DNA of 23,224 nucleotides from Bugula neritina (GCA_964035545.1 CAXIUT010000191.1:1-23224), one strand, 5' to 3'. Shown: positions 1 to 9,025, counted from the stretch's first letter. Program-made: numbers and translations. The notes: generated by a model from the sequence alone, not told the origin.

Positions 1-423
1 CGAGGCTGGCTAAAATCTGTTCGTACGAATACGCAATCTTGCAACGTACGAAACGCTGCCAGTATGCGCAAAATTATCGAGGTGTCAAAACGAGCTGCTT
101 CACTCGTTCTTCACATAAAGCCGATGTGTGGTCTGATGGCTTAAATTTGTGTGAAGATTTGCGGGTGAAAAAGAAAAACAGGTGTCGGGTTAGATACGGT
201 AGCCGCGTTTGAATTTTTGCTGCGCGAGGTGTGCCAGAGCATCTACGGCTTGGCCTTCATCTGCGTGGTAGCTGGTCTTGAGTTTGCCACCAGAGCCGAT
301 ACGTCCCCATTCGCGAACGAGGGTCGCGCCTCCAAAGAGATCGCGCTGCACGGTCATCAAATAGAAGCGGCGCATCTTGTGTATAGGGTCGATCCGGCGC
401 AGCTTAATGCGGCTTGGAAAAAC
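1..423. repeat. Terminal direct repeat, left copy (circularisation overlap)
   Basis: Sequence 1-~423 matches 22800-23224 apart from small indels and substitutions (e.g. gaagattt/gaagatttt, gaagcggcgc/gaagcgcgc). Confidence 0.95.
5..45 (+). promoter_or_regulatory. oriT right arm and putative nic site (CAATCTTG^C, between 41 and 42)
   Basis: 5-41 is the reverse complement of 22762-22795 (allowing three missing bases there). It ends in ATCTTG/C, which resembles the MOBP nic motif (RP4 TATCCTG/C), and lies just upstream of mobC on the circle. Confidence 0.65.
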
Positions 424-471
424 CTCAGCTTGTGCGGGATTATCTGAGCTAGGATAGTCTGCTGTGTTCAT
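190..471 (-). CDS. Stand-alone WGR domain protein
   Basis: RFYLMTVQRDLFGGATLVREWGRIG...KFKRGY matches the WGR domain pattern. Confidence 0.9.
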   Translation of the reverse strand: MNTADYPSSDNPAQAEVFPSRIKLRRIDPIHKMRRFYLMTVQRDLFGGATLVREWGRIGSGGKLKTSYHADEGQAVDALAHLAQQKFKRGYRI

Positions 472-548
472 GGATTTATCATATCCCAGCAGCGCAGATA
501 TGGAAGACTTCGAAGCTCAAATTTTCAAACTGCCCAACGATAGAATTA

Positions 549-1481
549 TCATTCTTCATCAGATCTTGCAGCTTGAATCTTCTGCATAAGCGACATTTGA
601 TCAAGTATAGCCATCAAGCGAGACGTCATCATATCAGGCTCCGAAACATCTGGTGGCGTATAGTTTGAATGGGCTGTGAGGAGCAGTCGCTCACGCTGAA
701 GCATTTGCTTGAAAGTAAGATCACCTTCAGAGAGAGCCTCGTAGTAATCTCGTCTCTCATCGAAGTTCGCATCTTCGCCAGGATCAGGTAACATTCCACC
801 AGTCCAGACCTCTGTTGCATGGCCCAGATAATCCAAAAGAAGATCCATCGCGAGCATCATGCGGTGCGCATCTTGTGGGCGATAAAAATTCCCAGGCTCG
901 CTACCATGAATTACGTAATGACGATTAAGTACCGAAAGGGAAAAATCCACACTGGGATCTTTCGTGTTGCGGTAGAGCCAGTTCTTCAAAAACTCGACTA
1001 ATCCATCGCGATAAGCCGCATGGGTGTTTCTAATATCTTCAGTTGCTTCCCACAGCGGAGCCTTGGAAAGTTTATCAATTAGCAGCGGAAAATTTTTACC
1101 TTCAACATCAAGGTATGAGCGCAAAATTCCTTCAAAGGCTGTGAGCATCAACAAAATGGACGCTGCATACTCTCGCTTATAAAACGAGAAAACACCCATC
1201 TCGACAATATGAGCAAATTTACTGAAGTGCTCGGTTTTCATACCCCTCCAAACAAGTCGCGCACGAAAATTTGGATGAAACACCACATCCATCATGCTCA
1301 TGTACAAGAGCTTTTCTGCTTCTCGGCGCTCGCCATCCGTTTGGGGCGAGCTTGCTTCAATTTGGTCGATTGCTCTGACAATTTTCTGATAATCCGACCC
1401 GATCATATAGGTCGGCGCAAACCAGCCAAACTTAGAAAGCCTGCGTGTTAAATCACGGTGATGTTCTGGCCAGTTTTCCAA
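549..1481 (-). CDS. Hypothetical protein with HEPN-like motifs
   Basis: 310-aa ORF (TTG start, 5 nt after the H-NS stop). Contains helix YAASILLMLTAFEGILR and an Rx4H motif, NRHYVIHG. Confidence 0.6.
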   Translation of the reverse strand: MENWPEHHRDLTRRLSKFGWFAPTYMIGSDYQKIVRAIDQIEASSPQTDGERREAEKLLYMSMMDVVFHPNFRARLVWRGMKTEHFSKFAHIVEMGVFSFYKREYAASILLMLTAFEGILRSYLDVEGKNFPLLIDKLSKAPLWEATEDIRNTHAAYRDGLVEFLKNWLYRNTKDPSVDFSLSVLNRHYVIHGSEPGNFYRPQDAHRMMLAMDLLLDYLGHATEVWTGGMLPDPGEDANFDERRDYYEALSEGDLTFKQMLQRERLLLTAHSNYTPPDVSEPDMMTSRLMAILDQMSLMQKIQAARSDEE

Positions 1482-1486
1482 GAGCG

Positions 1487-1792
1487 CTAAATCGCAAACG
1501 TCTCGATATCTTCACCCCGCTCAATCGCTTCAACTATCCATTGGGGTCTGCGCCCCCTACCCGTCCAAGTCATTTCAGCATTTTCTGGGTGGCGATATTT
1601 TGGCGCACTCACGGCCTTCGACTTCTTGCCTTTTCCAACAAGCTCACTGAGCGTAAAGCCCATCTCCTTGGCTTGGGCTTCGAGCTGTTCGCGCGCCTGC
1701 GAAACGCGGCGTTCTTCAAAAGAGGTGATCGCTTTTTCAACGTCTTTTCTGAGCTTCTTCAGCTCCGCAAGCGGCATATCGTTTAAGTTCAT
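1487..1792 (-). CDS. hns: H-NS family nucleoid-associated protein (HvrA/Spb-like)
   Basis: C-terminal PKYRHPENAEMTWTGRGRRPQW signature and an N-terminal coiled coil. ATG 1792 follows AGGAG, so it is preferred over the ORF-track start at 1846. Confidence 0.93.
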   Translation of the reverse strand: MNLNDMPLAELKKLRKDVEKAITSFEERRVSQAREQLEAQAKEMGFTLSELVGKGKKSKAVSAPKYRHPENAEMTWTGRGRRPQWIVEAIERGEDIETFAI

Positions 1793-1856
1793 TTTAAGAT
1801 CTCCTGAATTTGCAAAGGCCTTAACAGCAAGAACCACAGGCGACAAGAAATGAGAC

Positions 1857-2195
1857 TTAATCCTCGTTTAGGCCAAACTTCTTTTTCAGCTCACGATCAA
1901 AACTTCGCAGCGCCTCTACGCTTCGGTAGCCTCGCTGATCGCGAACATCGATGATATAGGCCGTGTCGCCGCGAATGGTGTAGAGAAACGCAAAAGCCGT
2001 GCGCTGAATACTCACCTCCCAAACATCCGCGAAATCCTCAAAAGTCTCTCTCGGCGGAGAAAGTTCGCAAATTCTGCGCTGCGCCGCATCGAAGTTCTGA
2101 AAAGCCCTTTTTTGATTAAGCTGAGGGTTCGTTCGGTAGTATTGCATCATCCAGCGCAAGCCAGGTTGGGACGATGCGAGAAATTGAATTTTCAT
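1857..2195 (-). CDS. RelE/ParE-family type II toxin
   Basis: 112 aa, 3 nt downstream of an RHH antitoxin. Ends FAFLYTIRGDTAYIIDVRDQR, as in the ParE/RelE fold. Confidence 0.75.
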   Translation of the reverse strand: MKIQFLASSQPGLRWMMQYYRTNPQLNQKRAFQNFDAAQRRICELSPPRETFEDFADVWEVSIQRTAFAFLYTIRGDTAYIIDVRDQRGYRSVEALRSFDRELKKKFGLNED

Positions 2196-2198
2196 AGA

Positions 2199-2471
2199 CT
2201 ATTTTCTGAAAATATCAGGTTCGGGGAATGGCGCATCTTCAGGGCCTTCCATCCATGCGTGAATTGCCTCTGGCGAAATCGTCGGCGCGCCTTGCTCGAT
2301 CAGCTTCAAACCTGTCTCGACAAGCTCACGGGTTGCTTCACGCTCTTCCACAAGGTTCAAGATTGCTTGGTTGGCCATGAATGACGCAGAGCGTCGATCA
2401 TAACTTGCGATCTTCTGGAGGCGCTCCTTCAAATCAACATCCATCCTGGTCGTAAAAGTCGCTGTTGGCAT
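2199..2471 (-). CDS. CopG/RHH-family antitoxin
   Basis: TFTTRMDVDLKERLQKIASYDRRSASFMANQAI is a ribbon-helix-helix, followed by an acidic tail. ATG 2471 follows AGGA; 2480 is an alternative start. Confidence 0.85.
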   Translation of the reverse strand: MPTATFTTRMDVDLKERLQKIASYDRRSASFMANQAILNLVEEREATRELVETGLKLIEQGAPTISPEAIHAWMEGPEDAPFPEPDIFRK

Positions 2472-2500
2472 GGTGTGCATCCTAAAATTTGATTATGTGA

Positions 2501-2541
2501 TACATTGTACGACAATGTACTCATCAGTGTGTAAATGTCAA
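2501..2541 (-). promoter_or_regulatory. TA promoter (TTGACA-16-TACATT) with overlapping palindromic operator
   Basis: Minus-strand TTGACA at 2541-2536 and TACATT at 2519-2514. The inverted repeat TACATTGT-acg-ACAATGTA (2501-2519) overlaps the -10. Confidence 0.7.
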
Positions 2542-2614
2542 AAGAAAGACCTCTCAAAATTTGCAGATCAAGGGTTTTCGGGTAAAATGCCAGCATACTT
2601 CCTATCTTTGATCT

Positions 2615-3550
2615 ATGCGCGCTGACCAAGCCAGAACTATCCCGATTGACCGCTACCTGAATGCTCAAGGTATCAAGCCTGCGCGCGCTCGTCTGGGTGG
2701 GCGCGAGCTTTGGTATTCTAGTCCTCTGCGCCAGGGAGATGAGACACCTTCGTTCAAAATCGATACGCTCAAAAACCTCTGGTACGATCATGGGCTTGGA
2801 GAAGGTGGGAACATAATCGACCTGGTCACGCATCTCTCTGCGTGTGATGTGCGAGACGCCTTGCGTCACCTCGAACGCACCGGCCTCTATAGTCTTGCTG
2901 GCAATACTGGGTACTCGCCTACTCTGCCATCAGGAAATTATGCCAGCTCAGGATCTTCTAAATCTGCGGGTGAAAAAGAAAAGCAGCTTAAGAACAGCGC
3001 GTTTCAACTCGTCTCAAAAAGCGCGCTGACACATCCTGCCCTGCTGAATTATCTCAGTGGGCGCGGGATCGACCTTGATATAGCCCGTAAATATGCCTCT
3101 CAGGTCGATTTTAAGGCCCCTCAGAGCGGCGGAACTTACTTTGGGGTGGGTTATCCTGCTGGTGAGGGTTTTGAGGTGTGTAACGCGCTGTTTAAGGGCT
3201 TTGTCGGAATCGGCAAAGCTCCGAGCTTTCACAAAGGCACTCAGAGTAACAAGCTCCTGGTCTTCGAAGGCTTCATAGATTTTCTCAGCTACCTGACCAT
3301 GAAAGGCGTTAAAATCGCTGATGGAGATGTTCTTGTGCTGAACTCAACGGCGTTCAAAGCGAGAGCTTTGCCCCATGTGACCAACCCGCAGTACGAAGAA
3401 ATCCAGCTTTTCTTAGATAACGATGATGCTGGCAGTGCTGTCACGAAGTTCATTTGCGAAGCGGATTGCGCGGGAACAGTTTCTGACATGCGCCAACACT
3501 ACGCGACCCACGCGGATCTGAACGACTGGCACACAGGTCGCAAGCTGTAA
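2615..3550 (+). CDS. DnaG-like plasmid primase (CHC2-like N-terminus + toprim)
   Basis: N-terminal WYSSPLR..ETPSFKID..KNLWYDHGLGEGGNIIDLV; toprim motifs VFEGFIDFLSY and FLDNDDAG. Confidence 0.88.
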   Translation: MRADQARTIPIDRYLNAQGIKPARARLGGRELWYSSPLRQGDETPSFKIDTLKNLWYDHGLGEGGNIIDLVTHLSACDVRDALRHLERTGLYSLAGNTGYSPTLPSGNYASSGSSKSAGEKEKQLKNSAFQLVSKSALTHPALLNYLSGRGIDLDIARKYASQVDFKAPQSGGTYFGVGYPAGEGFEVCNALFKGFVGIGKAPSFHKGTQSNKLLVFEGFIDFLSYLTMKGVKIADGDVLVLNSTAFKARALPHVTNPQYEEIQLFLDNDDAGSAVTKFICEADCAGTVSDMRQHYATHADLNDWHTGRKL

Positions 3551-3687
3551 CTAGGTTTCTCTTTTTCACCCTCTGAAAAACTAAAAATAAGAAAAGCAAC
3601 ATTCAACGACATAAGGCTGTAGGCCGTTGTTGTTGTTGTTTAATAATACAACTCTTTAATAAGTTTAGAGCTCTAAAAATGGCTTTG

Positions 3688-3700
3688 TATCAATACCTTA
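3688..3700 (+). promoter_or_regulatory. Putative IHF site next to the iterons
   Basis: TATCAATACCTTA fits WATCAANNNNTTR and lies 10 bp before the first iteron. Confidence 0.45.
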
Positions 3701-3710
3701 AAGGGTGCTA

Positions 3711-4041
3711 GGTGAGAAGATTTGTGAAATCAGGTGAGGAAATTTGTGAACTTGGAGGGCGAATAGGTGAGGAAATTTGTGAAGTTAAGTGAGAGAATTT
3801 GTGAAGAGTTTAAACCACCCCTAGGAGCCCTGTAATACGCTGATAAACAATAATAAAAATATATTCCTCTAACGTTAGCCACATCTTTAGGTGAGAGAAT
3901 TTGTGAAGTGAGGAGTGAGATCGTATTCTGATATGTTTTCCTGCGCTTTGGTAAGCCAATCGCGTACATCTAGAGCCTTTAAGGTGAGAAGATTTGTGAA
4001 GCTTAGTAGAGCGGGTATTCCAAGGTGAGAGAATTTGTGAA
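3711..4041 (+). repeat. Iteron origin (oriV): seven 18-bp direct repeats RGTGAGRRRATTTGTGAA
   Basis: Copies start at 3711, 3733, 3766, 3788, 3890, 3983 and 4024, with an AT-rich stretch at ~3843-3865. They lie directly upstream of rep. Confidence 0.92.
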
Positions 4042-4064
4042 GTTGGTGAGCGGTATAGTAAAAA

Positions 4065-4135
4065 GGTGAGAGATAAGTTTGACTCTTCTCACCTATAATT
4101 ATAATGGTGAGAAGTTCTAGCAAGAAATTCTCACC
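4065..4135. promoter_or_regulatory. rep promoter/operator with inverted half-iterons
   Basis: GGTGAGA 4065, TCTCACC 4087-4093, GGTGAGAA 4106 and TTCTCACC 4128-4135 interleave with TTGACT (4079) and TATAAT (4094, 4100). Confidence 0.75.
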
Positions 4136-5495
4136 CATGGCAGTTACAAGCAATAAGTCGACAAAAAATGTCGTTCCAAAATCCTCTACCGAGATCGTAA
4201 GGAAGAACGTTTCTGCCGTGCATATCGGTGCGCGCCTATCTCTCATGCAGCGTAAGCTGGTGAACGCGATGCTGCTCAACGCCTATGATACTTTGGTCGT
4301 TGAGGACACCCATAGCGTAAACGTAAGTCTGCTGATGGAAATGATTGGTTTTGATAGCCGAAACCAGGAACACCTTAAATCAGCCATTAGAGGTCTTACA
4401 CAGAAAAGCGTTGAGTGGGACATAATGGAAGACGACGGGACACAGGTCTGGGAAGTCTCCACCCTGCTCTCGTATGCCAGTATTCGCAAAGGTGTTTGCA
4501 CGTATCGCTATGACAAGAGCCTTGCTGAAAAGCTAAGAAACCCAGATATTTACGCGAAAATTAGTCTGAGCGTTGTGCGAGAGATCCGCAGCGTTCACGC
4601 ACTTGTCTTGTACGAAAATTGCTATCGCTATGTGAATATAGGCCATACTCCAAAGTGGGACATTGATGTCTTCAGAAAGCTCATGGGGGTCGATACCGCT
4701 GTAAGTTATAAGCAATTCAAGGTGCTTAAACGCGATGTGATTACCCCTGCTATCAAAGAGATAAACAAGGTTTCGAACATTCAAATTGAGCTTGAAACGG
4801 TGATGAAAGGTCGGACGGTCGTTGCGGTGCAATTCATCATAAGGCCGAATAAACAGCTCGCCTTGCTCGGGCTCGAACTGGAAGATGATGTGACCTCAAG
4901 CAGAGCTTATAAAGCTCTCATCGAGTGTAAGATTGGGAAAAAGTGGGCGTATGATCTCGTTGAAGAACACGGCGAAGAGTATGTTCTTGAGAAAATTGAA
5001 CTTACCGATGCGCGGATGCGTGAAGGGAAGATCAAGTCTTCAAAAGCAGCATTCCTTCGTGCCGCCTTACAGGACGATTATCATAGTGATGTAGCGGAGA
5101 AGAGGCGACAGAGAGACGTGGCTGATGCAAATCGAAACGCTCGCCTTAAGCTTGAGGCAGAACTAGCGGCAGCGAAAAAGAACCTCAAAAAGCTGGAGAA
5201 GATGTATCGTGAAGCGTGCTTGGACCTCGTAACACAAGAGATTGAAAATCTCGACGATGAACAACGTGCATCAACAGAGGCAGCGTTCCGGTCTTCCCTA
5301 TCCAGCAAAATTTATACGGATGACTTTGTAAGATCGAGCTGGGCTGGGCGCTTGATCTTCACCGATGTGTATCAGTTCTGGGAAAAGCGCGGCGTAAGCT
5401 TTCCTGAACCTGATGAGATGATTGCGGATGGCGGTTCTCGAACAACCTCCCAAGAACGTTCGCGGATAAAGGAACTCGAGAGCCAGCTCATGTGA
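4104..5495 (+). CDS. repB: Rep_3 (RepB-type) replication initiator
   Basis: LSLMQRKLVNAMLL, ALVLYENCYRY and YKQFKVLKRDVITPAIKEIN are winged-helix Rep_3 motifs, and the gene is adjacent to iterons. The true start may be ATG 4137. Confidence 0.9.
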   Translation: MVRSSSKKFSPMAVTSNKSTKNVVPKSSTEIVRKNVSAVHIGARLSLMQRKLVNAMLLNAYDTLVVEDTHSVNVSLLMEMIGFDSRNQEHLKSAIRGLTQKSVEWDIMEDDGTQVWEVSTLLSYASIRKGVCTYRYDKSLAEKLRNPDIYAKISLSVVREIRSVHALVLYENCYRYVNIGHTPKWDIDVFRKLMGVDTAVSYKQFKVLKRDVITPAIKEINKVSNIQIELETVMKGRTVVAVQFIIRPNKQLALLGLELEDDVTSSRAYKALIECKIGKKWAYDLVEEHGEEYVLEKIELTDARMREGKIKSSKAAFLRAALQDDYHSDVAEKRRQRDVADANRNARLKLEAELAAAKKNLKKLEKMYREACLDLVTQEIENLDDEQRASTEAAFRSSLSSKIYTDDFVRSSWAGRLIFTDVYQFWEKRGVSFPEPDEMIADGGSRTTSQERSRIKELESQLM

Positions 5496-5507
5496 GATGC
5501 ATAGACC

Positions 5508-5552
5508 TTTTAAACACTTAAAACATTTTAAACAGTTAAAAATGTTTTAACG
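5508..5552. repeat. AT-rich 9-bp tandem repeats, candidate centromere/par operator
   Basis: TTTTAAACA CTTAAAACA TTTTAAACA GTTAAAAAT GTTTTAACG, immediately upstream of a TTGACA (5572) and parA. Confidence 0.6.
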
Positions 5553-5631
5553 TTTTATTAATCATTAAATGTTGACAAGTTGAGTAATGTTTATAGGGTT
5601 CTAGCTATTAATAATTTATATGATGTGAAAA

Positions 5632-6249
5632 ATGTCTAAAACAAAAATAGCAGTGTATAACGAAAAGGGCCGAGTTGGGAAAACCCCTCTCTCGCTCGAG
5701 ATAGTCCTTCGCTTGGGCTATAACTATGCAACCAACCAGAACAGGCCGCGCAAGGATATCGAAGATATTATCCCAGATGGAGAGTTCTTGCAGGTCGGCC
5801 CAAATGAAGCTTTCCCTCAGTTAGACGATGATTTTCCTGTGGTTTTCGACTTGGCTGGTGAGCTTGTAGGCTACGAGCGAAGTATCGTCTCGGCGCTTGA
5901 GCAAGTTGATCTCATCATAGTGCCAGTTGTGAATGAGGCAGATGCTATTATGGGAACAGCGTATGCCATCACCGAGATTAAGACGCTGGATACTATCACG
6001 GCTGATTTCGTGATAGTGGCGAACATGCTCAAGAAGCCCGCTGAAGCCGAAGAAGTTGCGGCTCAGCTCATACCAATGATTGGTGAGGAAATTCCAATTT
6101 TGCCGATCAGGTACTCAAAGGCGTTCGATAGAATTCTGTCAAAGGGAACGTCTATCCGTGATCTAGTCAAGCAAGGCGGACTCAATAAGTGGAGCTTCAG
6201 CAATGTGGCCGCCGAGATTGATGAACTGATGTCCTATATAAGTAAGTAA
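5632..6249 (+). CDS. parA: ParA-family partition ATPase (type Ib-like, short)
   Basis: Deviant Walker A NEKGRVGKT, Walker B VVFDLAG, plus VDLIIVPV and VIVANM. Confidence 0.85.
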   Translation: MSKTKIAVYNEKGRVGKTPLSLEIVLRLGYNYATNQNRPRKDIEDIIPDGEFLQVGPNEAFPQLDDDFPVVFDLAGELVGYERSIVSALEQVDLIIVPVVNEADAIMGTAYAITEIKTLDTITADFVIVANMLKKPAEAEEVAAQLIPMIGEEIPILPIRYSKAFDRILSKGTSIRDLVKQGGLNKWSFSNVAAEIDELMSYISK

Positions 6250-6254
6250 ACGCT

Positions 6255-6515
6255 ATGAAAAAGAAAACATTCGGTAACACCGCAGCAGTTGAACCTCTTA
6301 AACCAAGAGGGATCTTGAACACTCACAAAGCTGAAGAGAAGGCCGCAGCACCGAAAAAGCGCGGTAGACCACCAAAGGAAACTGATCCGCTTCAGTCGAA
6401 GCTAACCCTCTACTTTACTGAATCTGAGATGGAGCAGATCAAAGAGAAGGCTGGTCTGGTTCCGTTGGCGAAGCATCTGCGCCATTACCTTTTAGAAGGT
6501 GGTTACTTTAAATAA
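6255..6515 (+). CDS. Small centromere-binding protein candidate (AT-hook + RHH)
   Basis: 86 aa directly after parA. Contains KKRGRPPK followed by KLTLYFTESEMEQIKEKAG..PLAKHLRHYL. Confidence 0.7.
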   Translation: MKKKTFGNTAAVEPLKPRGILNTHKAEEKAAAPKKRGRPPKETDPLQSKLTLYFTESEMEQIKEKAGLVPLAKHLRHYLLEGGYFK

Positions 6516-6675
6516 GGTAATAACTTTATAAACTGTGGTAAATGTTTATTGAACGAATTTGATAGGTAAGTGCAGTAACCTTGCTCGACCCTACAATCAG
6601 CATGTAAAAATTAGGAAAATCAAACGGGAGGGTTAGCAATCTATGCGTGAGTCACTCTTTCGTAACAGATCGCGA

Positions 6676-6703
6676 ACAAGGGATAACGGGTGTTATGTGA
6701 TGC
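6676..6703 (+). other. dif-like (XerC/XerD-type) site candidate
   Basis: ACAAGGGATAA-CGGGTG-TTATGTGATGC has the 11-6-11 layout with an ATAA-N6-TTATGT core. Confidence 0.45.
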
Positions 6704-6759
6704 ACGTTGGGGTTGAGATTGAAGATACTTTTTAGACCACTGTGGCAAGCTATCCGATA

Positions 6760-7311
6760 TTAGAAAAACCGTCTAACCCGCCTTATGTAGTCCTGATATT
6801 TGGAGCCGTACTGCGTTTTAAGCCAAGGCTCTTCAGCGAATGGTGCCGCTATCAGAATAGCTATTCCTGCAAGGCCGACGTTGGCCGCTGATTCCGATGC
6901 CGATAGAATAATCCAGCCTCCAACTATCGCGATATCCGCCACGTATTGCGGGTTGCGAGAATAGCGATACATACCCGTTGTTCGCAACGAACCTTTAGCA
7001 CCCCCTGTTTGCGGAACGCCGAAGTGTGCGACCTCTGACCAAACAACGATATTGCCTGCAACGATCAAGGGAATGCCCAAACCGAACCGCAACCAATTTG
7101 GCACCGATAGGCTACCCCACTCTAAAATTCCCAAGGCAATCAGAATACCAAACAGCGTGAAGGTAGGAACCCAAACCACGATTGGTGTTAACGCCGTGTA
7201 GCGCTTAGGCGGCCATAGGCGATGCGTGGGAACCACGATTGACCAGATCATTGCAACGAATGTTGCCGCCGCAACGCTCAGACCGAGACTAGCCAATATA
7301 CTCTGCATCAT
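6760..7311 (-). CDS. Isoprenylcysteine carboxyl/phospholipid methyltransferase (ICMT/PEMT) family membrane protein
   Basis: LRTTGMYRYSRNPQY and EEPWLKTQYGSKYQDY..RVRRF motifs, with several TM segments. Confidence 0.88.
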   Translation of the reverse strand: MMQSILASLGLSVAAATFVAMIWSIVVPTHRLWPPKRYTALTPIVVWVPTFTLFGILIALGILEWGSLSVPNWLRFGLGIPLIVAGNIVVWSEVAHFGVPQTGGAKGSLRTTGMYRYSRNPQYVADIAIVGGWIILSASESAANVGLAGIAILIAAPFAEEPWLKTQYGSKYQDYIRRVRRFF

Positions 7312-7907
7312 ACTTGAACGTGCTTGTGATTAAGCACCTCCCGCTTTTCCGTAAGGGCTTGACGGACGATTTGGAACGCCGAGGACAAAAACAAACCTGC
7401 CATGATTGTCGCAACGATGAGATCAGGCCAACCGCTCGCCGTTCCCCATACGCCAAGGGCGGCAAACATAACCGCCACGTTGCCAATGGCATCGTTGCGT
7501 GAACATAGCCAAACTGAACGCACGTTGGCATCGCCATCTTTGTAACGCACCAACAGAAGCACGCTAGCCAGATTGGTCAATAGCGCCAGAAAACCAACAA
7601 AGCCCATAATTTCTGCCGTTGGCACTCCAACGTAGAAGACCCGATACACGGTTGATCCCAAGACCCACAAACCCATCAAAAACAAACTTATGCCTTTGAA
7701 CAGTGCGGCGTTAGTCCGTGCGCGCAGTGAAGCTCCGATAACAGCAAGCGAAATTCCATAAGTGAGTGCGTCGCCTGCAAAGTCTAGTGCGTCTGCTTGC
7801 AACGCTTGTGATTTTGCCAAATGTCCTGCCGTCATCTCCACGAAAAACATAATCGCGTTAAGGGCTATGACGATCCAGAGCCGTCGTTTGTAATCGTTTG
7901 AAACACC
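7308..7907 (-). pseudogene. CDF-family cation (Co/Zn/Cd) transporter, 5'-truncated by IS30
   Basis: SQALQADALDF and SVWLCSRNDAIGN motifs. The frame continues upstream of Met 7850 as GVSNDYKRRLWIVIALNAI up to the IS end at 7908, with no native start codon. Confidence 0.8.
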
Positions 7908-9025
7908 TGTGAGCGATACGTGAACCGCGACTCCTGTTGGCTTCAGGATAGGGCGATCACCGCAGTTCCACCATCATCTTTTCACGGAAGACTTCGGCTG
8001 GTGTTTTCCATCCGAGGCATTTGCGGGGCGTGTTGTTGAGCCGATCACAGATCTCTTTCATGTCTTGATCGGTCATTGACCTGATATCTCGCTTTCGCGG
8101 AAGCCACCGTCTTGCTCGGCGATTTGTGTTCTCCACCGTACCTTTTTGCCAAGGCGAAGAGGGGTCGCAGAACCATGTTTGCGTCCCAATCTCCGCTTGA
8201 AGATGCGGCCAGTTCATAAATTCAGAGCCTCGATCAAAGGTGATCGATCTGCGTGCCTGGTGGGGGAGGTCTTTGATGGCTTTGATGATCTTACCCATCA
8301 CAGGCTTCGTTCGCTTGTTGGGGTTCTTCAGGATCACAGTGAAGCGGCTCACGCGTTCAACCAACGATGTAACATTGCTCTGGCCAAGCTTCTGTTCAAA
8401 CAGCATTAAATCTCCCTCCCAGTGCCCAAACTCTCGTCGGTGGGCAACATCATCTGGTCGGAATAAGATACTGACGTCACGATGGAATTTGGGAGGATGC
8501 TTTTTACGCGCACGGCGTGGCCTTCGCGCGACACGATGCGTTGGCAAGTACCACCAAAGTTCATCACGCAGGCCTTCTTTGGAATAGATGTGACGATAAA
8601 TCGTTTCTTGGCAAACTCGCACTGGGGCGTTTTCATGGATCATCCGATTACCAATCTGCTCTGGCGTCCAGCCATTTTTCAGCCGCTCAATCACACGCTT
8701 GCACAGTTCTGGATATTTGATCAGCTTACGATCTCGCGCACGACGATCTGCACTCATTCGATGCGCCGCATCACCGTAATAACCATCGCATTTCGGCATG
8801 CTCTCATCGCTGAAGAAATTCCTCTTCAGTTCTCTGAAAATCGTTGATCTGCAGCGCTTCAAAACACGCGCCATCTCATCAACAGGGACTTTGGCATGTC
8901 TCCAGCGTTCAATCTTACGTCGTTCTATGATACTCAGTTGCGTATAAACGGCTCCCATACCGATTCCTCTCGTCAGATAACATGTTGTTTTCTAACAAGA
9001 GTCGCAGTTGGGGGTAGCGCGCACC
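7908..9025 (-). mobile_element. IS30-family insertion sequence (~1118 bp)
   Basis: Imperfect terminal IRs TGTGAGCGATACGTGAACCGCGACTCCTGTTGG (7908-7940) and GGTGCGCGCTACCCCCAACTGCGACTCTTGTTAG (reverse complement of 8992-9025) enclose the transposase. No target duplication is seen. Confidence 0.9.
7957..8958 (-). CDS. IS30-family DDE transposase
   Basis: N-terminal HTH, WTPEQI, HWEGDL, TFDRGSEF and PWQKGTVENTN. Confidence 0.96.
   Translation of the reverse strand: MGAVYTQLSIIERRKIERWRHAKVPVDEMARVLKRCRSTIFRELKRNFFSDESMPKCDGYYGDAAHRMSADRRARDRKLIKYPELCKRVIERLKNGWTPEQIGNRMIHENAPVRVCQETIYRHIYSKEGLRDELWWYLPTHRVARRPRRARKKHPPKFHRDVSILFRPDDVAHRREFGHWEGDLMLFEQKLGQSNVTSLVERVSRFTVILKNPNKRTKPVMGKIIKAIKDLPHQARRSITFDRGSEFMNWPHLQAEIGTQTWFCDPSSPWQKGTVENTNRRARRWLPRKRDIRSMTDQDMKEICDRLNNTPRKCLGWKTPAEVFREKMMVELR

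Noticed and set aside
2476-2503. Third full dif-like site
   Set aside because: Only the right arm (TTATGTGATAC) matches. The left arm lacks ATAA, and the region is explained by the TA operator and RBS.
3711-4041. Repeats with unique spacers resembling a CRISPR array
   Set aside because: The repeats are 18 bp, non-palindromic and irregularly spaced (22-102 bp), lie directly upstream of a Rep_3 gene, and no cas genes are present. They are iterons.
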